A DNA stretch of 64,000 nt. It comes from an uncultured candidate division Zixibacteria bacterium (GTDB lineage: Bacteria; Zixibacteria; MSB-5A5; GN15; FEB-12). Numbering within the stretch: position 1 is the first letter of the stretch; each line of letters starts with the position of its first letter. The notes beneath the pieces are model-generated. The model searched no databases. It was not told the origin of the DNA and saw only the letters and a program-made list of their open reading frames with translations. Position numbers and translations under genes: made by a program. Where the stretch lies: assembly GCA_963806185.1 (NCBI GenBank), contig CAWDXE010000001.1, positions 1,035,734 through 1,099,733 of the forward strand, written 5' to 3'. Below are positions 1-9,954 of this stretch, in pieces.

Positions 1-33
1 CGTCATAGCGAGCGCGAAAATGGCTTTCATCAT
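1..33 (-). CDS. 5' end of a gene running off the window (signal-peptide-like start MMKAIFALAMT)
   Basis: Minus strand reads GGGAGAA (RBS) then ATG ATG AAA GCC ATT TTC GCG CTC GCT ATG ACG to the window edge. Confidence 0.5.
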   Translation of the reverse strand, partial: MMKAIFALAMT

Positions 34-357
34 TTCTCCCGTTTGAGCGTAGAGTTCTATTGGCGGCGAGACCAAATTGGCCTTTCCGACAAGGTCTGTC
101 AAGATTACTTTTTGAACTCTTGAACACTAACCCTGGCCCGCTCTCGGCCAGGCCAGTTTGAACTATTCATCGTGGACGTTCGCTATCCATAAGTATCGAT
201 CCCACAAATAGTTGCCGGACCGCACCGGCACGTGCTATCTTATTAATGGGAAGAGTAGGTGCGTCGCTTCTCGAATTCAAAATGGTGATGTTTGCACAGT
301 GGCCGACGGACTTCCAGTGTATACTCTATATGGACGTTCAACGAGAGGACGGTTGTG

Positions 358-1194
358 ATGACGAAGAAACGATCCGACGAAGATATCAAGACCGCCGTGC
401 GCGAACACTACGCCGCGGCGATAACTCAGTCGCAGCCCTGCTGTGGACCGAAAATCACTCAGCTCGGGCCGGAGACATCGGGAAACTTCATCACGCTGGC
501 CGGCTATTCGGCCGGGGACATTGCCCAGATGCCCGAATCGGTCACCTCGTTTGGCTGCGGCAATCCGGTGAACTTCATGGATGTCAGACCCGGCCAGACC
601 GTGCTCGACCTCGGCTCGGGTGCCGGGCTGGATCTGATTCTGGCCGCTCGTAAAGTCGGACCGAACGGCAAGGTGATCGGTCTTGATATGACCCCGGAAA
701 TGATTGCCGTCTGCAAAAAGAACCTGGCCCAGGCAGGCGTGAAAAATTACGAAGTCCTGCACGGCGAAATGGAAGCGATGCCCATCCCTGCCGGCACGGT
801 TGACTGGATCATTTCCAACTGTGTGATCAATCTCTCACCCGACAAAGCGAAAGTATTTGCCGAGGCGTATCGCGTGCTCAAGCCGGGCGGGCAGATTTTG
901 GTCTCCGACATTGTGGCCATGGGAATGCCTGATGAATTTCGCGACGACATCCGTGCCTGGGTCGGCTGCATCGCCGGTGCTCTGGAAGAAGAAGACTACC
1001 TGAACCACGCGCGGAGAGCCGGATTCACGGATGTCAAAGTAGTGGATAAACTGGTGTACACCGCCGAGACGCTAAACACCCTGGCCAACGGCGACTGCGG
1101 ATGCGGCACGGCCGGTAAGCCGATTGCCCAATCGGCGATCGACCGGTACGCCGGGAAGATCGCGAGTGTGAAGGTGTACGCCCGTCGGTCGTGA
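358..1194 (+). CDS. arsM: Arsenite S-adenosylmethionine methyltransferase
   Basis: SFGCGNP, VLDLGSGAGLD SAM motif, ISNCVINL, WVGCIAGA and N-terminal CC; ATG 358 follows GAGG RBS (ORF track starts at 292). Confidence 0.88.
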   Translation: MTKKRSDEDIKTAVREHYAAAITQSQPCCGPKITQLGPETSGNFITLAGYSAGDIAQMPESVTSFGCGNPVNFMDVRPGQTVLDLGSGAGLDLILAARKVGPNGKVIGLDMTPEMIAVCKKNLAQAGVKNYEVLHGEMEAMPIPAGTVDWIISNCVINLSPDKAKVFAEAYRVLKPGGQILVSDIVAMGMPDEFRDDIRAWVGCIAGALEEEDYLNHARRAGFTDVKVVDKLVYTAETLNTLANGDCGCGTAGKPIAQSAIDRYAGKIASVKVYARRS

Positions 1195-1199
1195 CCGGC

Positions 1200-1985
1200 C
1201 TAGGCGACTTCCTTTCGCTGCAAGATATCGCCGCAGATACTGACTACGGTCACCGTGACCGGGAAATCTGCCCCTGCGTTGGCGCGCGCCGTCATCGCGG
1301 CCTGGGCCAAACCGCCGCAGCAAGGCACTTCCATGAGCACGACTTCGAGCGACTTCAACTCGTTGAGTTGGAATATCTGAGTCAGCTTCTCGACATAGAA
1401 TGGGAGATTGTCAAGTTTCGGACAGGCGATTGCCAGCGCCTTGCCGGTGAGCATTTCCGAATGAAACCCGGCATGCGCAAACGGCACACAATCGGCCGCC
1501 AGCAAAAGATCGGCATTGCGGAAATAGGGAGCCTGTGGCGATACCAGCATCAGTTGCACAGGCCACTGGCGCAGCGACGACGGCTGGGGAGTGGATGCCA
1601 AGACAGCGGTCGGCACACTCTGAGGTGACCACTGTCGCATCGACGATCCGGGGCAACCGCTCTGATGAGCTGCGGGCCGCGGGCCCGGTGTGTGCGCGCC
1701 CATTGACAGCGGCGCCCGCTGAATGTGCGTTACCTTCGCCTGCTCCAGGTTGGCCGCGACCGCCAGCTCGTCATAGGCCTCGACTTCACGTCGCTCGATC
1801 GTCAACGCGCCGGTCGGACAGTGACCCAGACAGGCCCCGGCACCGTCGCAGTACTTCTCCGTTTTCAGTCGCGCTTTCCCATTGACGATTTCCAGCGCCC
1901 CCTCGGCGCATTTGCTGATGCAATCTCCGCATCCGTCGCAGAGCGCTTCGTCAATTCGGATGATATCACGTACAACTTTTGGCAT
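1200..1985 (-). CDS. 4Fe-4S ferredoxin-domain protein (FrdX-like, family usually linked to hcp/HcpR)
   Basis: CDGCGDCISKC and CDGAGACLGHCP ferredoxin motifs, GCPGS, QWPVQL, AADC, CPKLD, EVPCC; ATG 1985 has GAGGG RBS (ORF extends to 2042). Confidence 0.8.
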   Translation of the reverse strand: MPKVVRDIIRIDEALCDGCGDCISKCAEGALEIVNGKARLKTEKYCDGAGACLGHCPTGALTIERREVEAYDELAVAANLEQAKVTHIQRAPLSMGAHTPGPRPAAHQSGCPGSSMRQWSPQSVPTAVLASTPQPSSLRQWPVQLMLVSPQAPYFRNADLLLAADCVPFAHAGFHSEMLTGKALAIACPKLDNLPFYVEKLTQIFQLNELKSLEVVLMEVPCCGGLAQAAMTARANAGADFPVTVTVVSICGDILQRKEVA

Positions 1986-2043
1986 AACACCCTCAGGCTT
2001 CATGTGTTTCGCCATAAGATCGGTCGCCGTGGTGTCATCCACC

Positions 2044-2057
2044 TTGACTTAAATCAA
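2044..2057. promoter_or_regulatory. FNR/DNR/HcpR-type binding box
   Basis: TTGACTTAAATCAA matches TTGAT-N4-ATCAA with one mismatch; lies between the Crp/Fnr gene and the ferredoxin gene. Confidence 0.7.
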
Positions 2058-2095
2058 CGGCTGTTAATTGAATGGCTCCGGATTGATATAATCCA

Positions 2096-2800
2096 CTATC
2101 GCTCATGGGGATCAAGCCCCGCCAATTGCCTCAGGCGGACCCGATCGAGGACCTCTATGCGCGGTCCGTCGACCGAAATAACCTGATCCCGTATCAAGCG
2201 GGCTAATGATCGCGAGAGCGTCTCGGGAATAGTACCAAGCTGGGACGCCAGGACAGTCTTCTTCTCGACCAACGTGATTACCGGTTGTTTCGACTTCGAC
2301 TGCTCGTCCAGCGCGCCTATCAGATAGTGGGCCAGTCGAGTCGTCACGTCAGTCAACGACAACTCCTCCACCAGCTTTGTCATCTTCCGCAGCAACACCG
2401 ATAGCCGGGCAATCAGATTGACTGCCAGTTCCGGATTGCGCCCCAGCAGCGCCACAAACCTGTCTCGTCCGATTACCACCATCTCAGTGTCTTCGAGAGC
2501 CTGTGCTGATGCCGGATAGCTGCTTCCCGAAAAGAGCGCCGCTTCGGCGAAACTGTCGCCGGGCCCGGCAATCATCAAGATCTGCTCCTTGCCGTCAGCC
2601 GACAACTTGAACACTTTGACCCGACCCGTGCCGACAAGATAAAACGCCCGGGCTGGATCCCCTTCGGTGAACAGCAACTCATCGCGACTTGCCGTCCGGA
2701 TTGATGCACTCGCCGCAACATCGTCCAACGATCGATTATCCAGTTGGGAGAACAACTGCGATGACGCCACAATTGACTTTACCGAATTTGCCGTGGTCAT
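2096..2800 (-). CDS. Crp/Fnr family transcriptional regulator (DNR/HcpR-like, no FNR cysteine cluster)
   Basis: cNMP-binding domain (LFTEGDPA..GRVKV..GKEQIL..PGDSFAEAALF) and HTH recognition helix GTIPETLSR. Confidence 0.9.
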   Translation of the reverse strand: MTTANSVKSIVASSQLFSQLDNRSLDDVAASASIRTASRDELLFTEGDPARAFYLVGTGRVKVFKLSADGKEQILMIAGPGDSFAEAALFSGSSYPASAQALEDTEMVVIGRDRFVALLGRNPELAVNLIARLSVLLRKMTKLVEELSLTDVTTRLAHYLIGALDEQSKSKQPVITLVEKKTVLASQLGTIPETLSRSLARLIRDQVISVDGPRIEVLDRVRLRQLAGLDPHER

Positions 2801-2838
2801 GGAGGGAAGATAGATTTTTGTGGAGAAAAACGAAAGGA

Positions 2839-3195
2839 CTACAGGAGACTGTTGAGCAGGCGCTCAATATCCGACATCATCAGCGGCTTGCCCAAAAAGC
2901 CGTCGGCCTTATGCTCACCCATGCGCGCTTCGGCGTCACCCACGGAATAACCGGAGATCAAAATCACCAGCATCTTGGGGTAGCGGGTCTTCACCTCGCT
3001 GAGCAGTTCCAGCCCGGTCATGTTGGGCATGCGCATGTCGGTGATGACCATGGAGAAGCCGCCCTTTTCCAGCTCGGCCAGCGCTTCATTGCCGTCAGAG
3101 GCGCGAACTGAGGCATAGTCAAAGACTTCGAGCATCTCCGAAAGGAGGGAAGACATGTTCGGATTGTCATCGACTATCAATATCTTCTTGGTCAT
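2839..3195 (-). CDS. Single-domain response regulator (receiver)
   Basis: ILIVDD, ITDMRMPNMTG phospho-Asp, ISGY, FLGKP. Confidence 0.9.
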   Translation of the reverse strand: MTKKILIVDDNPNMSSLLSEMLEVFDYASVRASDGNEALAELEKGGFSMVITDMRMPNMTGLELLSEVKTRYPKMLVILISGYSVGDAEARMGEHKADGFLGKPLMMSDIERLLNSLL

Positions 3196-3217
3196 TCCGA
3201 TCCTCGTCTTAAGGGCG

Positions 3218-3244
3218 GTATCGGCAGGACCAAAAAAAAGTTGA
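3218..3244 (-). promoter_or_regulatory. Sigma28 (FliA/SigD)-type promoter for the response regulator
   Basis: Minus strand TCAA-N15-GCCGATAC, 22 nt upstream of the ATG. Confidence 0.6.
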
Positions 3245-3245
3245 G

Positions 3246-4352
3246 TCAGTTTCTGTCAGCCATGGATTGGTTGTAAGCCGAGATGATCTCGGCCTGGAGC
3301 GTGCTGATGCCCCGCTTTTCGAGGGCGGATACGGCTACTTTTCGATCACCGTTCAGCTCCGGCGGGACGAAATCGGGCAACCGGTCAAGCTTGTTAAATA
3401 CCAATATGTACGGGATCTTCTCCGCGCCGATTTCCTCCAGCACGCGCTCGGTCTGTTGAATCGTCTCTTCCAGATGAGCATCAGACACATCGATAACATG
3501 TAACAGCAAATCGGCCGTGCACACTTCCTCCAGCGTCGATTTGAATGATTCGACAAGTTGGTGCGGCAGCTTCTTGATGAATCCGACCGTATCGGAGAAA
3601 ATGATCTGCGCCGGGTACCCCACCGACATTTGACGGGTCGTTGAATCCAGTGTCGTAAAGAGTTGATTGGCGGTGGTCACGCCCGACTTGGTGAGCAGAT
3701 TAAAGAGCGTCGATTTCCCGGCATTGGTATATCCCACCAGCGCCACCTTGAACAGTTCCTGACGCCCCTTGCGCTGGGTCGCCCGTTGCCGGTCCAGTTT
3801 CGCCAACTTCTCTTTGAGATGTGCGATCTTCGTGCGAACCTGCCGGCGGTCGATTTCCAACTGTGTTTCGCCTGGTCCCTTGGTGCCGATGCCACCATAC
3901 TGCTTGGAGAAATGCACCCATGCACCGGTCAGCCGTGGCAGTGTGTACTCCAGTTGGGCCAGTTCCACCTGCAATTTGGCGGCAGCGGTACGAGCCCGGG
4001 TGGCGAAGATATCCAAAATCAGAATCGGCCGGTCGATGACCTTGACCTCGAGTTCTTTCTCGAGATTCCGCTGCTGTCCGGCGGAGAGCGTATCGTCAAA
4101 AATCACCGTGTCGGCGCCCAGTTCTTTGAGCGCCTGCTTCAACTCGCTCACCAATCCCTTCCCCACAAACAACGCCGGATCGGGCCGCGGACGCACCTGC
4201 ACCCGCCGTCCCACGACTCTGGCGTTGGCCGATGTTGCCAGTCGACCAAGTTCATCCAAAGATTGCTCGACAGCGGGGCGGTCGGTGGAGCGCTGAGCCA
4301 CGCCAATGAGAAAGACTTTCTCTGTTGCGGTTGTACCGTGTTCTCTAATCAT
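3246..4352 (-). CDS. hflX: Ribosome-splitting GTPase HflX
   Basis: [45 protein letters not shown]; alternative start 4391. Confidence 0.95.
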   Translation of the reverse strand: MIREHGTTATEKVFLIGVAQRSTDRPAVEQSLDELGRLATSANARVVGRRVQVRPRPDPALFVGKGLVSELKQALKELGADTVIFDDTLSAGQQRNLEKELEVKVIDRPILILDIFATRARTAAAKLQVELAQLEYTLPRLTGAWVHFSKQYGGIGTKGPGETQLEIDRRQVRTKIAHLKEKLAKLDRQRATQRKGRQELFKVALVGYTNAGKSTLFNLLTKSGVTTANQLFTTLDSTTRQMSVGYPAQIIFSDTVGFIKKLPHQLVESFKSTLEEVCTADLLLHVIDVSDAHLEETIQQTERVLEEIGAEKIPYILVFNKLDRLPDFVPPELNGDRKVAVSALEKRGISTLQAEIISAYNQSMADRN

Positions 4353-4520
4353 GTCTACCGGCAAAGATACCCCATTATTCGCACCTGTCAAATGGCAACT
4401 CGTTGGACGAAACGTTCTTGCGTGCGATTATTCGATGTGGACAGGGCGGCTCCAACATCATATATTGGTCTGGTCCGAGTAAACCGGCATCCCAATCACG
4501 TACTCTTGCGCGAGCGTACC

Positions 4521-5351
4521 ATGCCCGAGCCTGATGAGCAACTTAGCGAACGCCAACATCGCGAACAGGAATTCTACGACACGTATCGTCCGAAAAACGT
4601 CGTCAAAAGGGTCACCTTCGATTACGTCTTCGACCAGGTTTCCCGGCCGTGGAATTCCTATTGGTGTACCTACAACGAAGTTTTCAGTCGGTTTCGCGAT
4701 CCCTCACAACGACTGCTCGATTTTGGCTGTGGCCCCGGTGTCGGCTCAATTCGCTACGCCCGTCGGGGATATGTAGTGCATGGCTTTGATATTTCGGAAG
4801 CCAATATCGCCAATTGTCGCATGCTGGCGCAGACTTACGGCGTGGCCGATCGCACGTCCTTCTCGTCACACGTTGCCGAAATTCTCCCCTACGATGACGA
4901 GTATTTCGATGTCGTCGTCGGCATGGATATCCTGCATCACATCGATATTCCCGTGGCTATCGGCGAGGTCAGACGGGTACTGAAGCCGGGCGGCGTGGCC
5001 GTCTTTCGGGAATGCATTGAAGCGCCCGTCTGGGATGCCGTTCGCAACTGGCGTCTCGTCACTCGTTTCTACCCCAAAGAAGCATCATTCGACACGCATA
5101 TCACCGCCGACGAGCGCAAGATCAACGAGCATGACCTGGCCACCATCACGGGCATGTTCGAGGAGTATCAGGTGCGACGCTTCGGGATTGTTAGCCGGTT
5201 GCACCGCTTGGTTCACGATCCCCGGCAGAAAGTGCTCGGGGGCCTGCAGCGGTTTGATTATTACCTGACCAAGGTGGTGCCGCCAATCAGAAAGTTTGGC
5301 GGCGAACTGCTTCTCGTCCTGGAAAAGCGCCAGTCGCCGGCCGCTTCGTAG
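4521..5351 (+). CDS. Class I SAM-dependent methyltransferase
   Basis: LLDFGCGPG, GFDISE, FDVVVG..ILHH, RVLKPGG; true start taken as ATG 4521 because the upstream part of the ORF overlaps hflX antisense. Confidence 0.85.
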   Translation: MPEPDEQLSERQHREQEFYDTYRPKNVVKRVTFDYVFDQVSRPWNSYWCTYNEVFSRFRDPSQRLLDFGCGPGVGSIRYARRGYVVHGFDISEANIANCRMLAQTYGVADRTSFSSHVAEILPYDDEYFDVVVGMDILHHIDIPVAIGEVRRVLKPGGVAVFRECIEAPVWDAVRNWRLVTRFYPKEASFDTHITADERKINEHDLATITGMFEEYQVRRFGIVSRLHRLVHDPRQKVLGGLQRFDYYLTKVVPPIRKFGGELLLVLEKRQSPAAS

Positions 5352-5369
5352 TCGAAAGGCGCAAACGAC

Positions 5370-5564
5370 CTATCCCTGGAATCCGCACGTCTTATGCGTG
5401 CCGTCACAAAACGGCTTGTCCTGTGACTGCCCGCACCGACACAGTGAGAACATCCCCTCTTTCTCAACCACCGAACCGTCGGGCATTATGATTTCCGCCT
5501 TCATGCATTCCACCTTCGCGGAACCATTCGGCTTGATTCTGATCCGCACATTTCCTAGTTCCAT
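5370..5564 (-). CDS. CDGSH iron-sulfur domain protein
   Basis: LCRCGQSQDKPFCDGTH motif; GAGG RBS. Confidence 0.9.
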   Translation of the reverse strand: MELGNVRIRIKPNGSAKVECMKAEIIMPDGSVVEKEGMFSLCRCGQSQDKPFCDGTHKTCGFQG

Positions 5565-5638
5565 ATGCTCCTCACATCTGATGTTTACGCAGTGAACGGT
5601 GCCGGCGCCCGTCGACTGAAAGATGATGCCGGAAGCGG

Positions 5639-6226
5639 CTAGGACGGACGGGTCTCTGACGGCTCCGGAGCAGTCGGCGGTTTCCCCTTTTGTAGGAATA
5701 CCAACTGGATCATGAGCAAAATCAGGGAGCAGGTGATCGCCGAGTCGGCGACATTAAACGTCCAGAACCGATCGAGTTGATAAAACGACAGGTGGATATC
5801 CGGAATGTCGATGTCAACAAAATCGACTACCTTCCCCAGCCGGATACGATCGATCAGATTCCCCACCGCCCCCGCCGCCATGAAAGCCAGCGGCCAGGCA
5901 ATGGCCCTCTGCGTACGGTGTATCCAAAGATACCAGGCCAGAATCGGTAGAATTATCAGGGCCATTATCGTGTACATCACGGGTGATCCAAACCGGGTCC
6001 CCATCGCCCCCCCTTCGTTGTACACCAGCGTGAATTGAACGAAAGTCCCCCACAATTGATAGGGCGGGCGGCCACTGAGTGCCGCAACCGCCCATACTTT
6101 GGTAATCTGATCGAGAATAATGACGGCCAGGAAGATTATTACCGGCCAAAGAAGAAGTCGTCGCTCAGCTGCGTCCAGTCTTTTGATCCTCTTCAGCCGA
6201 TTTGCACTGGATGCACAGGCGAGCAT
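5639..6226 (-). CDS. lspA: Lipoprotein signal peptidase II (true start uncertain, probably near 6160)
   Basis: DQITK, NEGGAMG, GAVGNLIDR, VVDF, FNVAD; follows ileS-dksA. Confidence 0.92.
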   Translation of the reverse strand: MLACASSANRLKRIKRLDAAERRLLLWPVIIFLAVIILDQITKVWAVAALSGRPPYQLWGTFVQFTLVYNEGGAMGTRFGSPVMYTIMALIILPILAWYLWIHRTQRAIAWPLAFMAAGAVGNLIDRIRLGKVVDFVDIDIPDIHLSFYQLDRFWTFNVADSAITCSLILLMIQLVFLQKGKPPTAPEPSETRPS

Positions 6227-6551
6227 GGGGCACCGCCTCGAGCCGCGCGGCCGAAATCGGCTTCTTGCAGCTCTCGCAGAGACCGTAGGTCCCTTCTTTT
6301 ATACGCCGCAGGGCCTGATCGATATGGTAGACCAGCCGGCCCGACTTCGACGCAAACAGGAACGCCATCTCACGGTCCATCGTATCGGTCCCTTGGTCCG
6401 CCATGTGGTACGAATACGCCGAGAGATCGCCGGTCGCTTCACGCGTGGTCGACCCGCCATAACTGTCCCCAACCACGCCCATCTCGTCCAACATCTCTTT
6501 CTTCTTCGCCAGGAGCAATGTCTCGTACTTTTTGAGTTCCGTATCCTTCAT
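6165..6551 (-). CDS. TraR/DksA C4 zinc-finger protein
   Basis: HMADQGTD, ALRRIKEGTYGLCESC..RLEAVPHARLCIQC; GGAG RBS before ATG 6551. Confidence 0.9.
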   Translation of the reverse strand: MKDTELKKYETLLLAKKKEMLDEMGVVGDSYGGSTTREATGDLSAYSYHMADQGTDTMDREMAFLFASKSGRLVYHIDQALRRIKEGTYGLCESCKKPISAARLEAVPHARLCIQCKSAEEDQKTGRS

Positions 6552-6563
6552 GTCCGCTCCCAC

Positions 6564-9500
6564 TTAAGTTTTTGCAACCGCAATGGCGGCCTTCTCGCCG
6601 TTTATAGTCCATTCCGTTCCCCCCGGCAGGCTCACGGAATCCGCCCCATCCATAAACTCCAGAGTATGCGCCAGAGTTTCCTTCCGAATGAACGATTCAT
6701 GCTTCATGACCGCGGCTCTGAGTCGCGGCGACGACGCCACCCGAACCGTGATATGGTCGGACACGTCAAATCCGGACGTCTTTCGCATATTCTGAATCTT
6801 GTTCACCATTTCCCGAGCAAACCCTTCGTCCACCAACTCGGCCGTCAAATTCGTCGACAACGCTACCGTTACCCGACCGTCACTTTCTACCGCCCAGCCT
6901 TCCTTTTCGATCTTCTGAATGTCAGCATCTTCAGAAGTCAGCGTCACACTGCGCCCATTGAGGTCCAGGGTGAGCGCGCCGGTCGTGCGGAATTGCGCCA
7001 ATTGCTCGCTGCCCAGAGTGGACAACTGGCTGGCCGCCTGCTTAACGTCGCCGCCAAGTTTCGGACCGGCTACTTTGAAATTCAGTTTGGCTGAGTAGCT
7101 GACGTAACTATCCAAATCGGCAGCATCTTCGATTCTCTTAATGTTTAGCTCGTCCCGCACAATTTCCAGGAACGGTGTCAATCGGTTGAACATGTTTTTG
7201 CCGACAACATGGATCATCATTTGAGCCAACGGCTGCCGCACCTTCAGATTCTTGCGCGACCGCGCCGCCCGCCCCAGCGACACCATATTCTCCACCAATC
7301 CCATCGCCTCTTCCAGATCGGCGTCAATCAGGCTCTCGTCTGACTTCGGGAATGGCATCATATGGACCGACAGTGGCAAGCCGTGTTTCTGGCGACTCGG
7401 GCCGGTAAGTTCCTTCCAGATCAACTCCGACGTAAACGGCGACACTGGCGCGCTCAACCGGCAAACCCCCTCCAAAACGCGCCAAAGCGTCAGGTAGGCC
7501 CGCAATTTCGACGGTTCCAAACCAGGCCCCCAGAACCGGCGGCGGTTGTTACGAACATACCAATTGGACAATTCTTCAATCACAAAATACTGGATCGCTC
7601 GCACCGGCCGCGTGATCTCATAGGCGTCAAACGCCTTGGTGACGTCGCGCGCCAGCGTGTTGTACTTGGACACGATCCACCGGTCAAACGTCTCGGCCGG
7701 CCCGGCATGCTTTTCCAGGTACTGCTCCACCGAAAGGCCGGACTTCTCCGCCTCCTCCACGACCTCGTCGATATTGGCGTAGATGGCAAGAAACGAGTAG
7801 GTATTGCGCAGCGTGTCAAAATACTTGCGCCCTACTTCACCCAGTCCCTCAATGTCGAACTTTGTCGGGACCCACAGAGCGGAGTTACTCAGAAGGTACC
7901 AGCGGGTCGGATCGGCCCCGTACTGCGCCACGGTCTCAAACGGGTCGAACACGTTCCCCTTATGCTTCGACATCTTCTTGCCTTCTTTGTCAAGAATGAA
8001 CTCGAGTACGACGACATTCTTGAAGGCGGGCTTGTCAAACAGCATGGTCGAAATAGCCAGCAGCGAATAAAACCAGCCGCGCGTCTGGTCAACCGCCTCG
8101 GAAATAAAATCGGCCGGGAAGTTCTGATCGAAAACTTCCTTGTTTTCAAACGGATAATGCCACTGGGCATACGGCATGGCGCCCGAATCGAACCAGACGT
8201 CGATTACCTCCGGCACGCGCGTCATTACCCCGCCGCATTCACACGTCAATTTGACCTTGTCGATTACCGGTTTGTGGAGATCGACGTCCGGTGGCACCTT
8301 GTCCCCTTCTCGGCGCAACTGTTCGATCGATCCTACCGCGCGGGTCTTGCCGCACGATGAATCATCACACACCCAGATTGGCAGGGGCGTTCCCCAGAAC
8401 CGCTCGCGTGAGAGCGCCCAGTCGACGTTGTTCTCCAGCCAGTTGAGCATTCGTCCGGTGCGGATTTCATCCGGCACCCAATTGATAGCATTGTTGTTTG
8501 CCAGCAACTGGTCACGGAACTGGGTCGTCTTGATGTACCACGACTGCCGCGCGATGTAAATCAGCGGTGAGTCGCACCGCCAGCAGAATGGATAGTTGTG
8601 CTCGTATAGCTCCTTCTTGAAGAGCTTGCCGCTGATCTTCAAATCCTTGATGATGATCGGATCGGCGTCCTTAATGTACATGCCCGAGTACGGCCCGGTG
8701 TTCTCGCGGAACAGTCCATTGGCTTCCACTGCCTGCAACACCGGCAGATTAAACACTTTGCCGATCTCGTAGTCATCCGCCCCGTACCCCGGCGCGATAT
8801 GCACGATCCCCGTGCCGTCTTCCATGGTGACGAATTCGCCGACGATTACCTTCCAGGCGTCGTATCCGTCCTTCTTAAACGTGTCAAACAGCGGCTCATA
8901 CCGGCGACCCACATACTCATTCCCCTTTTTTCGCTCCAGCGCGGTCTTCTCTTCACCGAATACTTTGTGCACCAACGCCTCGGCCAGCACCAGCTTCTCG
9001 CCTTCGTGTTCGACCATCACATAGTCGGCGTCGGAGCGCATACACAGCGCCGCATTGGACGGCAGCGTCCACGGGGTCGTCGTCCATACCAGGTAGCTGA
9101 AATCGCCATCAGCCGCCTTCATCTTGACGAAGATCGACGGATCCTTGACGACATCATACCCCTGGGCCACTTCGTGTGAGGATAATCCGGTGCCGCAGCG
9201 GGGACAGAACGGAACTGTCTTGTACCCGACATACAGCAGGTCGCGGTCGAACAGATTCTTGAGAATCCACCAGACCGACTCGATATACTCATTCTTGAGC
9301 GTCACATACGCATCGTCCAGATCAAGCCAGTAGCCGATCCGTCGCGTGATGTCATTCCAGTCCTTGAGGTACTTGAAGACCGACTCCCGGCACCGCTGAT
9401 TGAACTTGTCGATACCGTATTCGATAATCTTCGCCTTGGAGTCGAGCCCCAGTTGCTTCTCGACCTCGATCTCCACCGGCAAACCGTGGGTGTCCCATCC

Positions 9501-9761
9501 CCCCTTACGATCCACTCGATACCCCTGCATCGCCTTGTACCGACAGACTAAGTCTTTGACTGTGCGAGCGATTACATGGTGAATGCCCGGCCGGCCATTG
9601 GCGGTCGGCGGACCTTCATAAAAAACAAACCGAGGCCGATCATGCGCCAGCGCCCGAGCCTTGTGGAATATGTCATGGGCGTCCCAGAACTCAAGCACCT
9701 TGAGCTCGGCCGACGACTGCGTGAACTGGTCCTTTAGTGGATCGAACTTCATATGTACCAT
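6564..9761 (-). CDS. ileS: Isoleucyl-tRNA synthetase, type 2 (eukaryote-like)
   Basis: YEGPPTANGRPGIHH, GWDTHGLPVE, WTTTPWTLPSN, GTGIVH, KMSKH, type-2 C-terminal domain. Confidence 0.97.
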   Translation of the reverse strand: MVHMKFDPLKDQFTQSSAELKVLEFWDAHDIFHKARALAHDRPRFVFYEGPPTANGRPGIHHVIARTVKDLVCRYKAMQGYRVDRKGGWDTHGLPVEIEVEKQLGLDSKAKIIEYGIDKFNQRCRESVFKYLKDWNDITRRIGYWLDLDDAYVTLKNEYIESVWWILKNLFDRDLLYVGYKTVPFCPRCGTGLSSHEVAQGYDVVKDPSIFVKMKAADGDFSYLVWTTTPWTLPSNAALCMRSDADYVMVEHEGEKLVLAEALVHKVFGEEKTALERKKGNEYVGRRYEPLFDTFKKDGYDAWKVIVGEFVTMEDGTGIVHIAPGYGADDYEIGKVFNLPVLQAVEANGLFRENTGPYSGMYIKDADPIIIKDLKISGKLFKKELYEHNYPFCWRCDSPLIYIARQSWYIKTTQFRDQLLANNNAINWVPDEIRTGRMLNWLENNVDWALSRERFWGTPLPIWVCDDSSCGKTRAVGSIEQLRREGDKVPPDVDLHKPVIDKVKLTCECGGVMTRVPEVIDVWFDSGAMPYAQWHYPFENKEVFDQNFPADFISEAVDQTRGWFYSLLAISTMLFDKPAFKNVVVLEFILDKEGKKMSKHKGNVFDPFETVAQYGADPTRWYLLSNSALWVPTKFDIEGLGEVGRKYFDTLRNTYSFLAIYANIDEVVEEAEKSGLSVEQYLEKHAGPAETFDRWIVSKYNTLARDVTKAFDAYEITRPVRAIQYFVIEELSNWYVRNNRRRFWGPGLEPSKLRAYLTLWRVLEGVCRLSAPVSPFTSELIWKELTGPSRQKHGLPLSVHMMPFPKSDESLIDADLEEAMGLVENMVSLGRAARSRKNLKVRQPLAQMMIHVVGKNMFNRLTPFLEIVRDELNIKRIEDAADLDSYVSYSAKLNFKVAGPKLGGDVKQAASQLSTLGSEQLAQFRTTGALTLDLNGRSVTLTSEDADIQKIEKEGWAVESDGRVTVALSTNLTAELVDEGFAREMVNKIQNMRKTSGFDVSDHITVRVASSPRLRAAVMKHESFIRKETLAHTLEFMDGADSVSLPGGTEWTINGEKAAIAVAKT

Positions 9762-9924
9762 TCCGATATAGCCGGTTACAATACGAAATTCCGCCTCGGT
9801 TTGTAAAGGTTTTTATCGCCCGCCGGACTTGCTCCCCCTGCGCCCCCCAGGATGGTCTCCTCAGCCGACCCTCCCGGGAACCGCCGGTCAGGTGCGATCG
9901 CGTGTGACAAACCGAAGATTCTTC

Positions 9925-9954
9925 TTGACCGAAGCGGTCAATATTGTATATCTT
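9925..9954 (+). promoter_or_regulatory. Putative sigma70 promoter with a palindromic operator overlapping the -35
   Basis: TTGACCG-AAG-CGGTCAA 7-3-7 palindrome (9925-9941) starting at TTGACC; TATATC/TATCTT 16-18 nt downstream. Confidence 0.4.

Noticed and set aside
310..335. Imperfect inverted repeat upstream of arsM as an ArsR operator
   Set aside because: Symmetry is too weak and there is no arsR nearby
3663..4520. N-terminal extension of the 562-aa ORF
   Set aside because: Overlaps hflX antisense; the methyltransferase domain begins at ATG 4521
9762..9920. T-box riboswitch upstream of ileS
   Set aside because: No T-box consensus or terminator/antiterminator seen; a promoter-like element lies close to the start
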